From Candidatus Poribacteria bacterium (GTDB lineage: Bacteria > Poribacteria > WGA-4E > WGA-3G): a stretch of DNA of 64,000 nt. The stretch is taken from assembly GCA_963665235.2 (NCBI GenBank), contig CAXXLX010000001.1, positions 3,456,001 through 3,520,000 of the forward strand, given 5' to 3'. Under the pieces are notes generated by a model. That model had not been told where the DNA came from. It worked only from the letters and a program-made list of their open reading frames with translations, and ran no database searches. Numbering within the stretch: position 1 is the first letter of the stretch; every line of letters starts with the position of its first letter. The position numbers were made by a program, and so were the translations under genes. This document shows, in pieces, positions 37,525 to 48,066 of the stretch.

Positions 37525-38148
37525 ATGTTTTTTCAACCAACGCTAAATTCTCATTGGTTTTTCGTCCGAAAGACAAGCCTATATCTTATGATTGTTTTAG
37601 CGGTTGCTATGGTGTTTATCCCACTAGTATACCTACCCGAGGAAGGCGAAGCCGATCCTGTCTCACTAACACTTATAGGCCTTGGAATTACTGCTGCCGG
37701 AGTTCTCGTTACGTTATGGATATATAACGATGGTGTCTGTGACGAATGCAATGATGGTAGGGAATCAGATCATCTTGAGAAATGTGAGAACTGTGGTATA
37801 AAAGCTTATATATGTCCAGGATATCCCCATGGTCACAAGCAGCAGTGTGGATACTGCAAGGATTGGTATTTTTGTTGTGAATATGGCAATAATAATGAAG
37901 AACTCGCTGCTGAACATGGCCTGGAGCGTTGTACAGTACCAAGTTGTGGAAAACGTTATAGAAAATGTACTGAGAAGGATAAACACGGTCCCGGAAAATG
38001 CGATGATGGTGGTGATAATATTATCATGTGGGGTCCTGGTGATCCTGGTAGTGATGATGAGCACCGCTCCAACAACAGCAGCGGTAACAACAGCAGCGGT
38101 AACAACAGCAGCGGTAACAACAGCAGCGGTAACAACAGCAGCGGCTAA
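37525..38148 (+). CDS. Membrane-anchored Cys/His-rich repeat protein with (NNSSG)5 tail
   Basis: AAGGAG RBS; two hydrophobic segments; repeats H-x3/4-C-x2-C-x3-Y-x1/2-C. Confidence 0.7.
   Translation: MFFQPTLNSHWFFVRKTSLYLMIVLAVAMVFIPLVYLPEEGEADPVSLTLIGLGITAAGVLVTLWIYNDGVCDECNDGRESDHLEKCENCGIKAYICPGYPHGHKQQCGYCKDWYFCCEYGNNNEELAAEHGLERCTVPSCGKRYRKCTEKDKHGPGKCDDGGDNIIMWGPGDPGSDDEHRSNNSSGNNSSGNNSSGNNSSGNNSSG
38071..38145 (+). repeat. 15-bp coding tandem repeat x5 (AACAACAGCAGCGGT)
   Basis: Five units immediately before the TAA stop. Confidence 0.95.
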
Positions 38149-38226
38149 TGCTTAAGAACTCAACTTATTAGGGGGTACTCATCAGAATGCTCCCTCTGCT
38201 TCACTAAAAGCTCGGAGGTAAGAAGC

Positions 38227-38724
38227 ATGAAAAAGCAGCATAATCCTCTCGCAAGGTTTATCCTGGGGCTCGCAGCACTTTGGTGGCAACAAGCGACCCT
38301 TTTAGTCGAAAGAGTAAGAAATCTGCCCCAGAACAGAGAAGCGATGAGACAGGTCGTGAGTATCTGTATTGCGCTAGTAATTGTATTCGGTGGGGGTGCG
38401 TTTGCTATTAATCTATCGCGTTGTCCTAACTGTAAGGTTGGTTTAGGTGGACCGATACATCGCCATCTACACCAAGACATATGTAAGAACTGTGGTGAAT
38501 CCTATTGGGCATGTCCTTCTAAGCCTTTACCTCACTTAAAACGGTGTGAGTACTGCGGAGACTGGTACTATAATTGCCCCGATGGCTCATCACAAGAATC
38601 TGAGCATGGACCTACGATTTGCAAGTCACTTCATGAACGCTTGTCTCCCCCTGCTGGGCATCGTTTTAAGCCCGTTACAGGAGCACTCCCTCTACGCAGC
38701 AACAACAAGAAGGCAAACAGATAA
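38227..38724 (+). CDS. Cys/His-rich repeat protein, paralog of 37525-38148
   Basis: GGAGG RBS; hydrophobic helix; CPNC, HQDICKNCGESYWAC, HLKRCEYCGDWYYNC, EHG. Confidence 0.7.
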   Translation: MKKQHNPLARFILGLAALWWQQATLLVERVRNLPQNREAMRQVVSICIALVIVFGGGAFAINLSRCPNCKVGLGGPIHRHLHQDICKNCGESYWACPSKPLPHLKRCEYCGDWYYNCPDGSSQESEHGPTICKSLHERLSPPAGHRFKPVTGALPLRSNNKKANR

Positions 38725-38958
38725 CATATGAGAGCGAAATACTGGCAATATTGCCTAAGTGATGATATGATGAACATCAGTGTTTGAGAACCTCTGTGTG
38801 TAGTGTTTCGCGTTTCATTGATCGTTGGTGATATTATTATTTGGGCGATATCCTCATTTTTTTATCCCACACTCATGGGTCTAATTGGGCTGCGACCGGG
38901 ACTATAACTATCCCGATGATTCATCACAAGAATCACCTCTAGTAAGGAGTCTATAAAT

Positions 38959-39642
38959 ATGTTTACCACAAAAAGAATGATGTTCCTCTGCGGCTTCCTG
39001 GTATTAGTCGGTGGCGTTGCGTTTTATTTATTTCAACAGAATAAGCTATCCCCGGAACCCATCGCGAGTGACACTGTCCTCAAACTCGTACCCAAGCAGG
39101 AAATTCCTGACGAGACACCACGGGTTCAGGCGGGACTTACCGGGAAGCCCCCAGCTGAAGATCCGCATGCAGGACACAACCATCCACCACATGAACATAG
39201 TCACGACAAGCCTGAAGCGGAAATATCATCTGGTGAAACACCGGATGCCGAGGGGGCAGATACCGTAGCACCTACGAATGAAAACGCCGAAGTGCTTTCA
39301 GAGGAGGCGATTCAAAAATGGGTGACAGAGACTATGAAAGCACTAGATGATTTAAATACTCGATTTATGGAAAAATATCCAGAACTTCTTGAAATCTCAC
39401 AAATGACAAAGGAAGATTTTTTTGAAAAGTATCCAACTGTCGAATCCCGACAGGCACTTTTGGAATACGTACAAAGTGTTCAACCTGAAATGTTTGCAGA
39501 ACTTCGCGCGGTTTTTTCAAATCTACCCATTGAGATTGCAGACGATATTCTCTTGGAGGCAAAAGACCATTTTATCCAGATGTGGGGTCCCGAAACTGCT
39601 GACCAAGTAATGGCCAAACTCCGCGCAGAGTTAGGGTTGTAG
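38959..39642 (+). CDS. Membrane-anchored protein with His-rich linker and helical C-terminal domain
   Basis: AAGGAG RBS; N-terminal TM; DPHAGHNHPPHEHSHD. Confidence 0.75.
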   Translation: MFTTKRMMFLCGFLVLVGGVAFYLFQQNKLSPEPIASDTVLKLVPKQEIPDETPRVQAGLTGKPPAEDPHAGHNHPPHEHSHDKPEAEISSGETPDAEGADTVAPTNENAEVLSEEAIQKWVTETMKALDDLNTRFMEKYPELLEISQMTKEDFFEKYPTVESRQALLEYVQSVQPEMFAELRAVFSNLPIEIADDILLEAKDHFIQMWGPETADQVMAKLRAELGL

Positions 39643-39658
39643 GCATTCTTCTATACAT

Positions 39659-39787
39659 CAGGACTTACGCAGCGCGTTGATAAACCCTAATGATAGTGGG
39701 ATCTTAGCGGGCGGGGAGACCCCGCCCAAAGAGCGGGAAACTGTTTGCCCGAATACTGAGGTTTCTGATAAATTTGCGTAAGTCCTG
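39659..39787. mobile_element. MITE-B, complete
   Basis: Same TIRs, 5-bp TSD TACAT, internal hairpin GGGCGGGG-AGA-CCCCGCCC. Confidence 0.88.
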
Positions 39788-39806
39788 TACATGTTCAAAA
39801 AAGGAA

Positions 39807-42298
39807 GTGGTATCATTACCCCTTATTCATCTTGTGAAAACTGTAAAAAGTCACCCACTTTTCAAAGACATCAGCATTGGTGTCCTCCTTTTGGGTATCC
39901 TATTCCTTGCCTTCTGGATACGCGTCCAAGGTGTAAAACGTTTTCCTGATGGACAATTTTCCGAAAACGATGCCTACCTCTTCCATTGGCAAGCAAAAGA
40001 GATTGCCGAGCAGGGATATCTCTCGGCACGCGACAGGCACCGCTGGCTGCCTATAGGCAGAGACAATCAGCAGATGCTGTCTCTCTATCCCTACGTTATT
40101 ATGTATACTTATAAAGCGATAGGGTGGATGTCTCCAAAGATCACGCTTTATCGCATCCAACTCTACATGCCTACCATCTGTTTTACCTTGGGGCTTGGCG
40201 TGCTGTTTCTTTTTCTTGCGCATAGCTACGGAATAGTCTTTGCAACTATCAGCACGGTGCTTTTAGCAACACTCCCGGGAAGTATAGAGCGTAGTGCCGC
40301 TGGCTTTGGCGACAGAGACGCATGGTGTTGGCTCTTCGGGGTGCTTGCTGTCACCAGCTATCTCTGGAAAGAGCAAATCCCATTAAACCCCCTGTCAAGG
40401 GCGGTAAAAATTGGCGCAGACACTTTGCAACCGCCGTCGCCGGATTCACCGTTTTTCTCGGCGGGCTCTCTTGGGAAGGTTTTGGATTTTTCGTTCTCAT
40501 CATAGTCGCCGCTGAACTTTGGAAATTCTGTACCACAGACATAGAACATTCCTTAAAGGAGTACGCCCTCTGGATACTCATGTTCGTTCCTGGCCTCTAT
40601 ATCCTTAGTCCTGTCTATCGGGGCGGGTACGGTTTTTCAACGCATGTTGCCGCACTCATGCTACTCCCTCCGCTTACGGTGTTCGTGCTGCGTGGAATGC
40701 GACATCTACTTCTTAAGTACGTTGAAAACCTCCGCCCCCATGCTCGAAAACTTGCCTGGGGATTAACGCTGCTTACCATCATAGCAGGGCTCAGCTATCT
40801 TTTCCTCCAATCTAGCATATTTGAGACAACTGCCTTTGCTTTGCGGGAGAGCCGACTCATGAAAGATGTTGGTGAGTTAGTTGACCCGCATTTCGGATAT
40901 TGGCCGGCACGATACGGTGCGGTCTTTATTTTAGGCGGTATCGGTTTGATAGGAGCGAGTCTCCATTTATGGCGATGGGAAGGATTGCCTTTAACCCTCA
41001 CCCTCGTTCTCTTTACTACAACAACCTTCTTCCGATGGCCTATCAGTAAATGGATAGGTGCTAACGTGTGTGGGACGCTTTTTTTCACTGCGCTCGTCAT
41101 TATACCTATAGCAATTGGTATTGCGTGTCTACGGCAAGAAACTGCTAAAAATGAACTTTTGACGCTCGCTATGCTTGCATGGTTTTTCTTATGGGTAGGT
41201 CTCGCGCGGGGAGGAAAACGCTATGACTTCTTCATCGGCATCCCCCTTGCCTACGGCACTGCGTGGTTGCTCTGGCTTTCCCCCGCACATCTCATACAAA
41301 AACTCAAGGACGCGAAATTTCTTTACCCCCATGTCAAAGCAAGACGTATCGCTGCGACTACTGTCATTGTTGTGTTAATACCTATTCTCTTTTGGAACCC
41401 CCTTGGTGGGCATGCAACTCGCTCTATTCACGCTGCTGCCGAGATGCAGCAACCCTCACCAGGACAAGAAGGCAGCCTTGCCCAGACATTAACGTGGATG
41501 AAAGACACACTCCCCAAAAACGCTGTTGTCGCCGCAAACTGGGGATATGGCACGCAGCTTAACGTCCTCGGAGGTGTTAAAACCATTACAGATTCGGACC
41601 ATTTTCTACCGCATTGGATACATCTCTATTACCGACACGTCTTCTGTGCACAGTCGGAACAAGAAGCTCTCTCTTTTCTCAAAACGCATGGTGCCACACA
41701 CCTCATGTTAACCAAATGGGGCGTGACATCTCAATCCAAAAACTTTTCATTCATTGGCAGCACTGCAAGCAATGATAGGCGTTTTAGACTCTATGAACTT
41801 ACCCGACGAGAGGCACCCGTTGGTGCACCCTACCAAATACGCCCTAAACAGCACGGCACTCCCGTAGCATTCGCTGACATGGTTTCAACGACACCGGTCC
41901 GTAGCCCGGGTGCCCATGCACGCATCGTGCCTGGGACACAACAAAAGCTGGGTGTCACTGCTCATCTGAAAACACATCGGAATATATTCCACGAGATTTC
42001 CATAAACACCGACAGCCCATCTCAACAAGCAGTAGATATTGGAAATGGCGGTGTGGTATTCTACTTTGATTCCAGGGCAATTTTCGACAAAGCCTATTAC
42101 GTCCCACCCATCGGCTGGAACAGTCTTGCGGTCAAACTGTTTCTGAGAGGTAAACACAGAAATGCCTTCATTCCTGTTTACCCTGAAAACGGAGATGCTG
42201 CTGCGGAGGTCAAAGTCTGGGAAATTCACTATCCCTCCTACATCAAAAAGAATTCAAAGTACTTGAGAACAGAACCAAAGCGAACAGATGAAAAATAG
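39807..42298 (+). CDS. STT3/AglB/PglB-like oligosaccharyltransferase, split by a 1-nt frameshift at C5 40388-40392
   Basis: FSENDAY, RSAAGFGDRD, many TMs, KRY, WMKDTLPKNAVVAANWGYG (WWDYG equivalent); one extra C joins the two track ORFs; exact start uncertain. Confidence 0.78.
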
Positions 42299-42441
42299 GG
42301 ATGAAGGCAGCAATACCCAAAGACGCATAAAAATTGCCTACATTTCCCGTAACTTAGACAGTTCGCTCTCTTGCTCCAACATGAATTGATATGCCTCCAG
42401 ATTCATGTTATACTTTTTGCATGATCTAAGGAGGTATGGAA

Positions 42442-42663
42442 ATGTCCAGTGTCTATACACCCACTCGTTCAGCTATCTGTGTCAAACGTGTGAACAGCAT
42501 CAACGCTCCAGATAAGCGGTCCATGAATTTCCATAGCGCGGTAGCCGATTTTCGGTGCATATTCCAAGGTTGCGGCTACCTCATCTTCAGCATAACCTCG
42601 GTAGCAGATAGAAGCACAAATAATGTCCATAAAGATAGAAATTGCAAGGAGAAGTTAAAATGA
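42442..42663 (+). CDS. Small hypothetical protein
   Basis: TTGATA-N17-TATACT promoter, AAGGAGGT RBS, stop overlaps yjbQ start (ATGA). Confidence 0.4.
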   Translation: MSSVYTPTRSAICVKRVNSINAPDKRSMNFHSAVADFRCIFQGCGYLIFSITSVADRSTNNVHKDRNCKEKLK

Positions 42664-43070
42664 TTCGCCAAATTGAGATTGCTTTACCTGAATACCCGCG
42701 CGGTTTTCACCTGATTACAGATAAAATTACGGAATCGCTCGGCGCTTTGCCGGAGGCGGGTATCCTACATCTTTTCATCAAGCACACCTCGGCAGGGTTA
42801 ACTATCAACGAAAACGCCGACCCGACGGTGCGTGAGGATTTTGCCGACAGTTTCGATCAGCTCGTAAAGGAACGTGAGCCCTTCTATCGGCACACGATGG
42901 AGGGGGATGACGATATGCCGGCACATATAAAAGCGTCGCTCGTCGGGTTCACCGTATCCGTGCCGATTACTGACCATCACCTTAATTTAGGCGTATGGCA
43001 GGGCATTTACTTGTGCGAGTTTCGCAATCGGGGTGGCAGGCGAAACCTAACAGCAACGCTTTATTCTTAG
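42660..43070 (+). CDS. yjbQ: YjbQ/UPF0047 family protein
   Basis: HTSAGLTINENADP, AHIKASL, LGVWQGIYLCEFR. Confidence 0.9.
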   Translation: MIRQIEIALPEYPRGFHLITDKITESLGALPEAGILHLFIKHTSAGLTINENADPTVREDFADSFDQLVKEREPFYRHTMEGDDDMPAHIKASLVGFTVSVPITDHHLNLGVWQGIYLCEFRNRGGRRNLTATLYS

Positions 43071-43084
43071 CGCGGTTGCATCGG

Positions 43085-44431
43085 TTATACCCATGCCGAC
43101 TTCAGTTCATGCACCTTCAATGATGTGAGCGTAGCTGTTCCCCCCTCCGCGTAAATTCCGATATCCGCGTTGTCAAGGTCGGGGAGGAAATAGGATGTCA
43201 TTGAGAGTTCACCCGCATTGCCGAACGCCTCGATAGAGATGCGGTCCAGTAGAATCTGTAGCTGAATTTTACCATCTTGGGGTGCAAGCGGTCCGCTCCT
43301 TTCGAGGAACGTCAACTGCTTTTCAGCGGTGCTGTATCGGACATCTTGTCCGCGAATATTGAAACCTACAGCATCGGCATCGTTCAATTCTATCTCCGCT
43401 CGGATATCGAACAGTTCGCCCGTTAACCCTGCCAGCAGGTTTTCGTCGGGCTTAAGTACTAGGTTGCTCCAAGCATGCGTATAGTCGTGGATATTTTCGA
43501 TTTCCACCACCGGTTCACGGTATAAACGGATGCCGGCGGGTGTTGTTCGAAGCGTCAACACACACGGAAAACTCATCTGCTGATTGAAGGGCATTTCTGG
43601 TGGATTGCTGCCGTTCATCCATGCGATTTGGATACGGCGGCCGTCGGATTCCGGCACGTCGCTCCAGGTTTGTGCGGCGTAAAAGTTGCGCCCGAAGTCA
43701 GCTCGCTGCGATTCACCATCGGGTGTGTAGGTGGTCCCATCAAAATCCCCGACATAATATTTTCCACCTGCCCCCCAGAAAACCCATTTGGTATTTTCGG
43801 GGTCACCATCGACGGGGAGTTCAAAGATATCTGGACATTCGCCATCTGGTATCTGAATATCAGAGAGTCGTGTCCACTCCTTTAGGTTGGTTGAGCCGAA
43901 GAAGGCGAAATCGTTTCCGTCGAGGAAAAGTGTCATCACCCATTTTTGCGTGGGTTCGTGCCAAATTACCTTCGGGTCGCGGTTGCTTGCGACAATGTGT
44001 TCAATCACGGGATTGCCTTCATATTTTACCCAACTTCGTCCCCGGTCATTGCTATAAGCGATGCTCTGCGTAAACGGAACTTTTTCGGGAGCATGGCTGC
44101 CTGCGGATGTGTAAAAGTTGACGAGTACCGCCTCGTCGCCTGTCTGAAAACCGCCCGTATTGTTCCAATCCACAACGCCGGAGCCGGAGAAGATTGTGCC
44201 GAGTTCATCCGGATGGATTGCATGCGGGAGTTGTTTCCAATGAACAAGGTCAGGACTTACAGCGTGTCCCCACGTCATGTTGCCCCAGTTGATACCGAAA
44301 GGGTTGTGTTGAAAGAAGAGATGATACTCCCCTTTGTAATAAATTAATCCGTTCGGGTCGTTTGTCCAGTTGGTTTTCGGTGTGAAATGGTACTGCGGAC
44401 GATACGTTTCTTTATAAGCAGTCTGAATCAT
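43085..44431 (-). CDS. GH32 beta-fructofuranosidase/levanase
   Basis: WTNDPNG, WGHAVS, FSGS, RDPKV, ECPD, FYAAQT. Confidence 0.93.
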   Translation of the reverse strand: MIQTAYKETYRPQYHFTPKTNWTNDPNGLIYYKGEYHLFFQHNPFGINWGNMTWGHAVSPDLVHWKQLPHAIHPDELGTIFSGSGVVDWNNTGGFQTGDEAVLVNFYTSAGSHAPEKVPFTQSIAYSNDRGRSWVKYEGNPVIEHIVASNRDPKVIWHEPTQKWVMTLFLDGNDFAFFGSTNLKEWTRLSDIQIPDGECPDIFELPVDGDPENTKWVFWGAGGKYYVGDFDGTTYTPDGESQRADFGRNFYAAQTWSDVPESDGRRIQIAWMNGSNPPEMPFNQQMSFPCVLTLRTTPAGIRLYREPVVEIENIHDYTHAWSNLVLKPDENLLAGLTGELFDIRAEIELNDADAVGFNIRGQDVRYSTAEKQLTFLERSGPLAPQDGKIQLQILLDRISIEAFGNAGELSMTSYFLPDLDNADIGIYAEGGTATLTSLKVHELKSAWV

Positions 44432-44628
44432 TGCCTCTCCTTTTGTAAAAGTGCGCTATAAGCGCGTCCAACTTCGTTTCGTAGCCTCAAACGCCTGCTC
44501 CAAATTTGCAGCAGGGCAGGATATGGATGTCCTATCTCAATTGCGTCGATTTTTATGAGAATTCTATACCTATTCCGCTATTTTGTCAAGAACGTTTTTT
44601 TTCTGAAATAAAATTTTTTGCGAAATTA

Positions 44629-44657
44629 TGCACCCATTTTGCCGTAATTCGCGTCAC
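44629..44657 (+). promoter_or_regulatory. ECF-type promoter upstream of ECF-1
   Basis: TGCACC-N17-CGTCAC, conserved before all four ECF genes. Confidence 0.65.
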
Positions 44658-44700
44658 CGTATGTTAAATATAGATTGCTGAATTCTTCCGGAGGCTTCCC

Positions 44701-47700
44701 ATGAAAAATAACGATGTTGACCTGATAGAACGCGTCCTCTCAGGCGATGAAACGGCGTTTACCGAATTGGTGAAAAAATATCAGAAACCTGTGCATGCCC
44801 TCGCTTGGCGAAAAATAGGCGATTTTCACATCGCTGAAGAGATTACACAGGATACTTTTCTTAAAGCGTATCAACGTCTCCACACCCTCAAAGACCCGCA
44901 TCGGTTTGCGGGATGGTTATATGTCATCGCAACCCGAAGATGCCTTGCATGGTTCCGAAAAGAACGGATACAGGTCCAACCGTTAGAGAATATGGACAAT
45001 GTCCTGATACAGAGAGATGCTTATTCACAGCATGTTGCCACGGAACGCGCGAAAACTGCGAATCAGGTGCAACAGGATGTCGTCAAAAACCTACTCATGG
45101 ACCTGAAGGAGAGCGACCGAACTATCATCACCCTGCACTACTTCGGGGAGATGACGTGTGAAGAGATGAGTGAGTTCTTAGGGGTTTCTGTGAATACGGT
45201 TAAGAGTCGGCTCCGGCGTGCGCGGAACCGCTTGAAGAAGGAGGAAACGGTGATTCGCGAAGCACTTGACACCTTCAAAATCTCACCGAACCTTACCGAT
45301 ACCATTATACAAGAGGTTGCGCGACTCAAACCTGGGGCACCTGCTAGCAGCAAACCGCTGGTGCCGTGGATGCTAGCTGCCACTAGTGCTGTTTTGATTG
45401 TGTTAGTGCTCGGTATAGGCAGCCAACATCTATCGCGCTTCCAGCGACCTTATAGTCTAGACGCACAGTCTGAAATGAAGGTGGACATTATTGATGCACC
45501 TATTGTTCACGATTTTGAGGCGGAGCCGGATGCTCGACATCAGCCGGGCAAACGTTCCGATACCCCCGGCAGAGACGATGGTAATGGTGAAAAATCGAAT
45601 CAGGTTTTCGTCTCGGAGGGGGATTATACTCGGTGGAATCTACCGGAAGGCGCGAAACGGCGACTCGGCAAAGGGGTGGTGAATGATATGCAGCTATCAC
45701 CCGATGGCAAAAAGTTGGCGATTGCAAGCTCCACCGGTATCTGGTTATACGATGTTAGCACAGGTAAAGAGTCCGCGCTTCGGACAAAAAGCAGCGATTT
45801 TGCTAGATTAGTGGTCTTCTCACCGGATAGCAAAGTGCTTGTGAGTGCCGGGAGTGGCAACAAAATCCAGAGTTGGGACGTTGACAGTGGAAAACCTCTA
45901 CTAACCCTCACTGTTCCTAGGGAGCCGCTCTTCTCTCTGAAATTCTTAGCCGATGGTAAAACCCTCATGGGTCTAAATTGGCCAGACAGCGTCGATATAT
46001 ATCGGGAAGCCAATATTTGGTTTTGGGATATTACCACTGGTGCACATCTTAAAAGTTTCAATCCGGAGGCCCCCATCGTCAAAATCGCGGGGGGAATTTT
46101 GACGGGTGGACTAGGGGTGTTTGTTGACAAAATCGGGGTCGTTACTTATGCTATCGGAAATAAGAACGGCACAATTAGCATACAAAATGGGCAAACCGAT
46201 AGGGAGATTATTACGCTTGTCCCGCAGACAGATGAAACCGATTTTTTTACACTACGTCCAGCCGAAAATGTTTTTAATGTAAGAAAACCGAGAGTCCACG
46301 GTGATGATAAAACGTCTTCTCTAACATATCGTAAGGATAATCGGACACCGTTCCCTATCCAATATCAATTGGGGCCCCAAAGCCGGACAAAACATACTCT
46401 AGAGGCGCAGCCGATGCGATGGATAACAGCGCTAGATTTCGCACCAGATGGCAAAACTCTCGTGAACAGATGCGACTACATGATTGCTCAAAACGGAGGT
46501 TTGCTCAAAATCGAAGGCCCGATTGAAATTTGGGATGTTGACACCGGGGAACAACTCGCAGCACTGGACCTGGAACGTGTGTCGGATGTAAAGTGCTCTA
46601 GCGATGGGAAAACTCTCGCTATCATAGGTTATGACGGATGTGTGCTATGGGATATCCCGACCCGACAGAAAATTGGCACGTTTCCGCAGAGTATAGACGT
46701 AAGGTTTTCTGGGGATGGCAAAACTGTTTGCATTCTAAGCCAGGCTCGCTATATGATGTGGAATATCGCAGCGCGAAAAGAGCTTGCAGTGCTCAACTAC
46801 TTTGAACCTTTTCCTGAACGTTTTGTGTTATCCCATGATGGCGCAATTCTTACCACACTGGATGCAATTGGCACAGTGAATGTGTGGGAGACAGAAACGG
46901 GTAAACAGCTGCGCATTCTTACCACAGGTTGGACAAAAGAGTTCACGGCGTTGGCGTTCGCACCCGATGGCAAAACCCTCGCGAGTGGAGATAATGCCGG
47001 TAATATTCAGCTGTGGAGGACAGATACTCACACCAAACGGATGACGATTAAAGCTGGAAATAATCGCATCGACGGATTAGCTTTCGCCCCGGATAACAGG
47101 ACGCTAACCACTATGAGCAGAAATGTGCTCAAAGTATGGGATGCCGCTGTTGGGAAACAACGTGAGGTTTTCACTATACCAAACGCTACAAGTGGCGGTG
47201 GGTTTGCTACATTTATTGATGGGACAAGACTGCGGGGCAAGAGCCTCGCGCTCACGTCTAACAGTGAAAGGCTTGCTATTACGGCTATTAGAAATCCTAG
47301 AAACAATTTTATTGAGGTGTGGGATATCGCAACCGGCAAACCGCCACAACGTCTGATGAGGGTTAGAGCTGCTACACCTGGCCTACAGACCATAGCACTT
47401 ACCTCTGATGGAAATATGCTTGCGCACTATGAGGGGAATACCGTATCCTTGTGGAATGCAAACACAGGTACGCAGTTTACAAAACTTGAATTGTCAAATG
47501 ACGGTCATGCAATAGGATTCTCACCGGATGGAAAAACATTGGGAGTCGGATTAGACCGGGGAATCCAATTGTATGACGTTAAAACCCACCGACACATTGG
47601 GACGCTTGCGGCACATGAACATACCGTCTGCAAATTGGCATTTTCTCCGGATGGCACAATTCTCGCGACTGGTGATACGGGTGGCAAAATTCACTTATGG

Positions 47701-47871
47701 GACATTCCTACCCGCCGCCACCTAACTATCTATGATGGACATGGGAGTTTTATCAGTGCTTTAGCGTTTACACCTGATAGTAAAATGCTTGCAAGCATAA
47801 GCGGCGGCAGCTATTGTTACTACAATATACAGGATGGAACTATCCTCCTCTGGAACGTCCCATCTAAGTAA
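44701..47871 (+). CDS. ECF sigma factor-TM-WD40 propeller fusion (ECF-1)
   Basis: Sigma2 (AEEITQDTF, FAGWLYVIA), sigma4 (TVKSRLRRAR), TM after KPLVPW, many FSPDGKTLA WD40 repeats. Confidence 0.9.
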   Translation: MKNNDVDLIERVLSGDETAFTELVKKYQKPVHALAWRKIGDFHIAEEITQDTFLKAYQRLHTLKDPHRFAGWLYVIATRRCLAWFRKERIQVQPLENMDNVLIQRDAYSQHVATERAKTANQVQQDVVKNLLMDLKESDRTIITLHYFGEMTCEEMSEFLGVSVNTVKSRLRRARNRLKKEETVIREALDTFKISPNLTDTIIQEVARLKPGAPASSKPLVPWMLAATSAVLIVLVLGIGSQHLSRFQRPYSLDAQSEMKVDIIDAPIVHDFEAEPDARHQPGKRSDTPGRDDGNGEKSNQVFVSEGDYTRWNLPEGAKRRLGKGVVNDMQLSPDGKKLAIASSTGIWLYDVSTGKESALRTKSSDFARLVVFSPDSKVLVSAGSGNKIQSWDVDSGKPLLTLTVPREPLFSLKFLADGKTLMGLNWPDSVDIYREANIWFWDITTGAHLKSFNPEAPIVKIAGGILTGGLGVFVDKIGVVTYAIGNKNGTISIQNGQTDREIITLVPQTDETDFFTLRPAENVFNVRKPRVHGDDKTSSLTYRKDNRTPFPIQYQLGPQSRTKHTLEAQPMRWITALDFAPDGKTLVNRCDYMIAQNGGLLKIEGPIEIWDVDTGEQLAALDLERVSDVKCSSDGKTLAIIGYDGCVLWDIPTRQKIGTFPQSIDVRFSGDGKTVCILSQARYMMWNIAARKELAVLNYFEPFPERFVLSHDGAILTTLDAIGTVNVWETETGKQLRILTTGWTKEFTALAFAPDGKTLASGDNAGNIQLWRTDTHTKRMTIKAGNNRIDGLAFAPDNRTLTTMSRNVLKVWDAAVGKQREVFTIPNATSGGGFATFIDGTRLRGKSLALTSNSERLAITAIRNPRNNFIEVWDIATGKPPQRLMRVRAATPGLQTIALTSDGNMLAHYEGNTVSLWNANTGTQFTKLELSNDGHAIGFSPDGKTLGVGLDRGIQLYDVKTHRHIGTLAAHEHTVCKLAFSPDGTILATGDTGGKIHLWDIPTRRHLTIYDGHGSFISALAFTPDSKMLASISGGSYCYYNIQDGTILLWNVPSK

Positions 47872-48005
47872 GCACAGCCGTTAGCTCGTCTAGTCTATAT
47901 GCATTTACCTCCTACAAAAAACCTAAAATCTTGACAAACGTCCTAAATCTGATAGAATAATATCCTATCCTCCTAACCATGCAATTTGAAAAAATGCGGA
48001 ATTAA

Positions 48006-48034
48006 GCAACCGTTTTGCTGCTAACTCGCGTCAC
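48006..48034 (+). promoter_or_regulatory. ECF-type promoter upstream of ECF-2
   Basis: GCAACC-N17-CGTCAC. Confidence 0.65.
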
Positions 48035-48066
48035 TATGTGTTGAAATAAATTATTGGAGGCACTTG

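Noticed and set aside
37525-38724. Multiheme cytochrome or RiPP precursor call
   Set aside because: No CxxCH motifs and no modifying enzymes or peptidase transporter nearby
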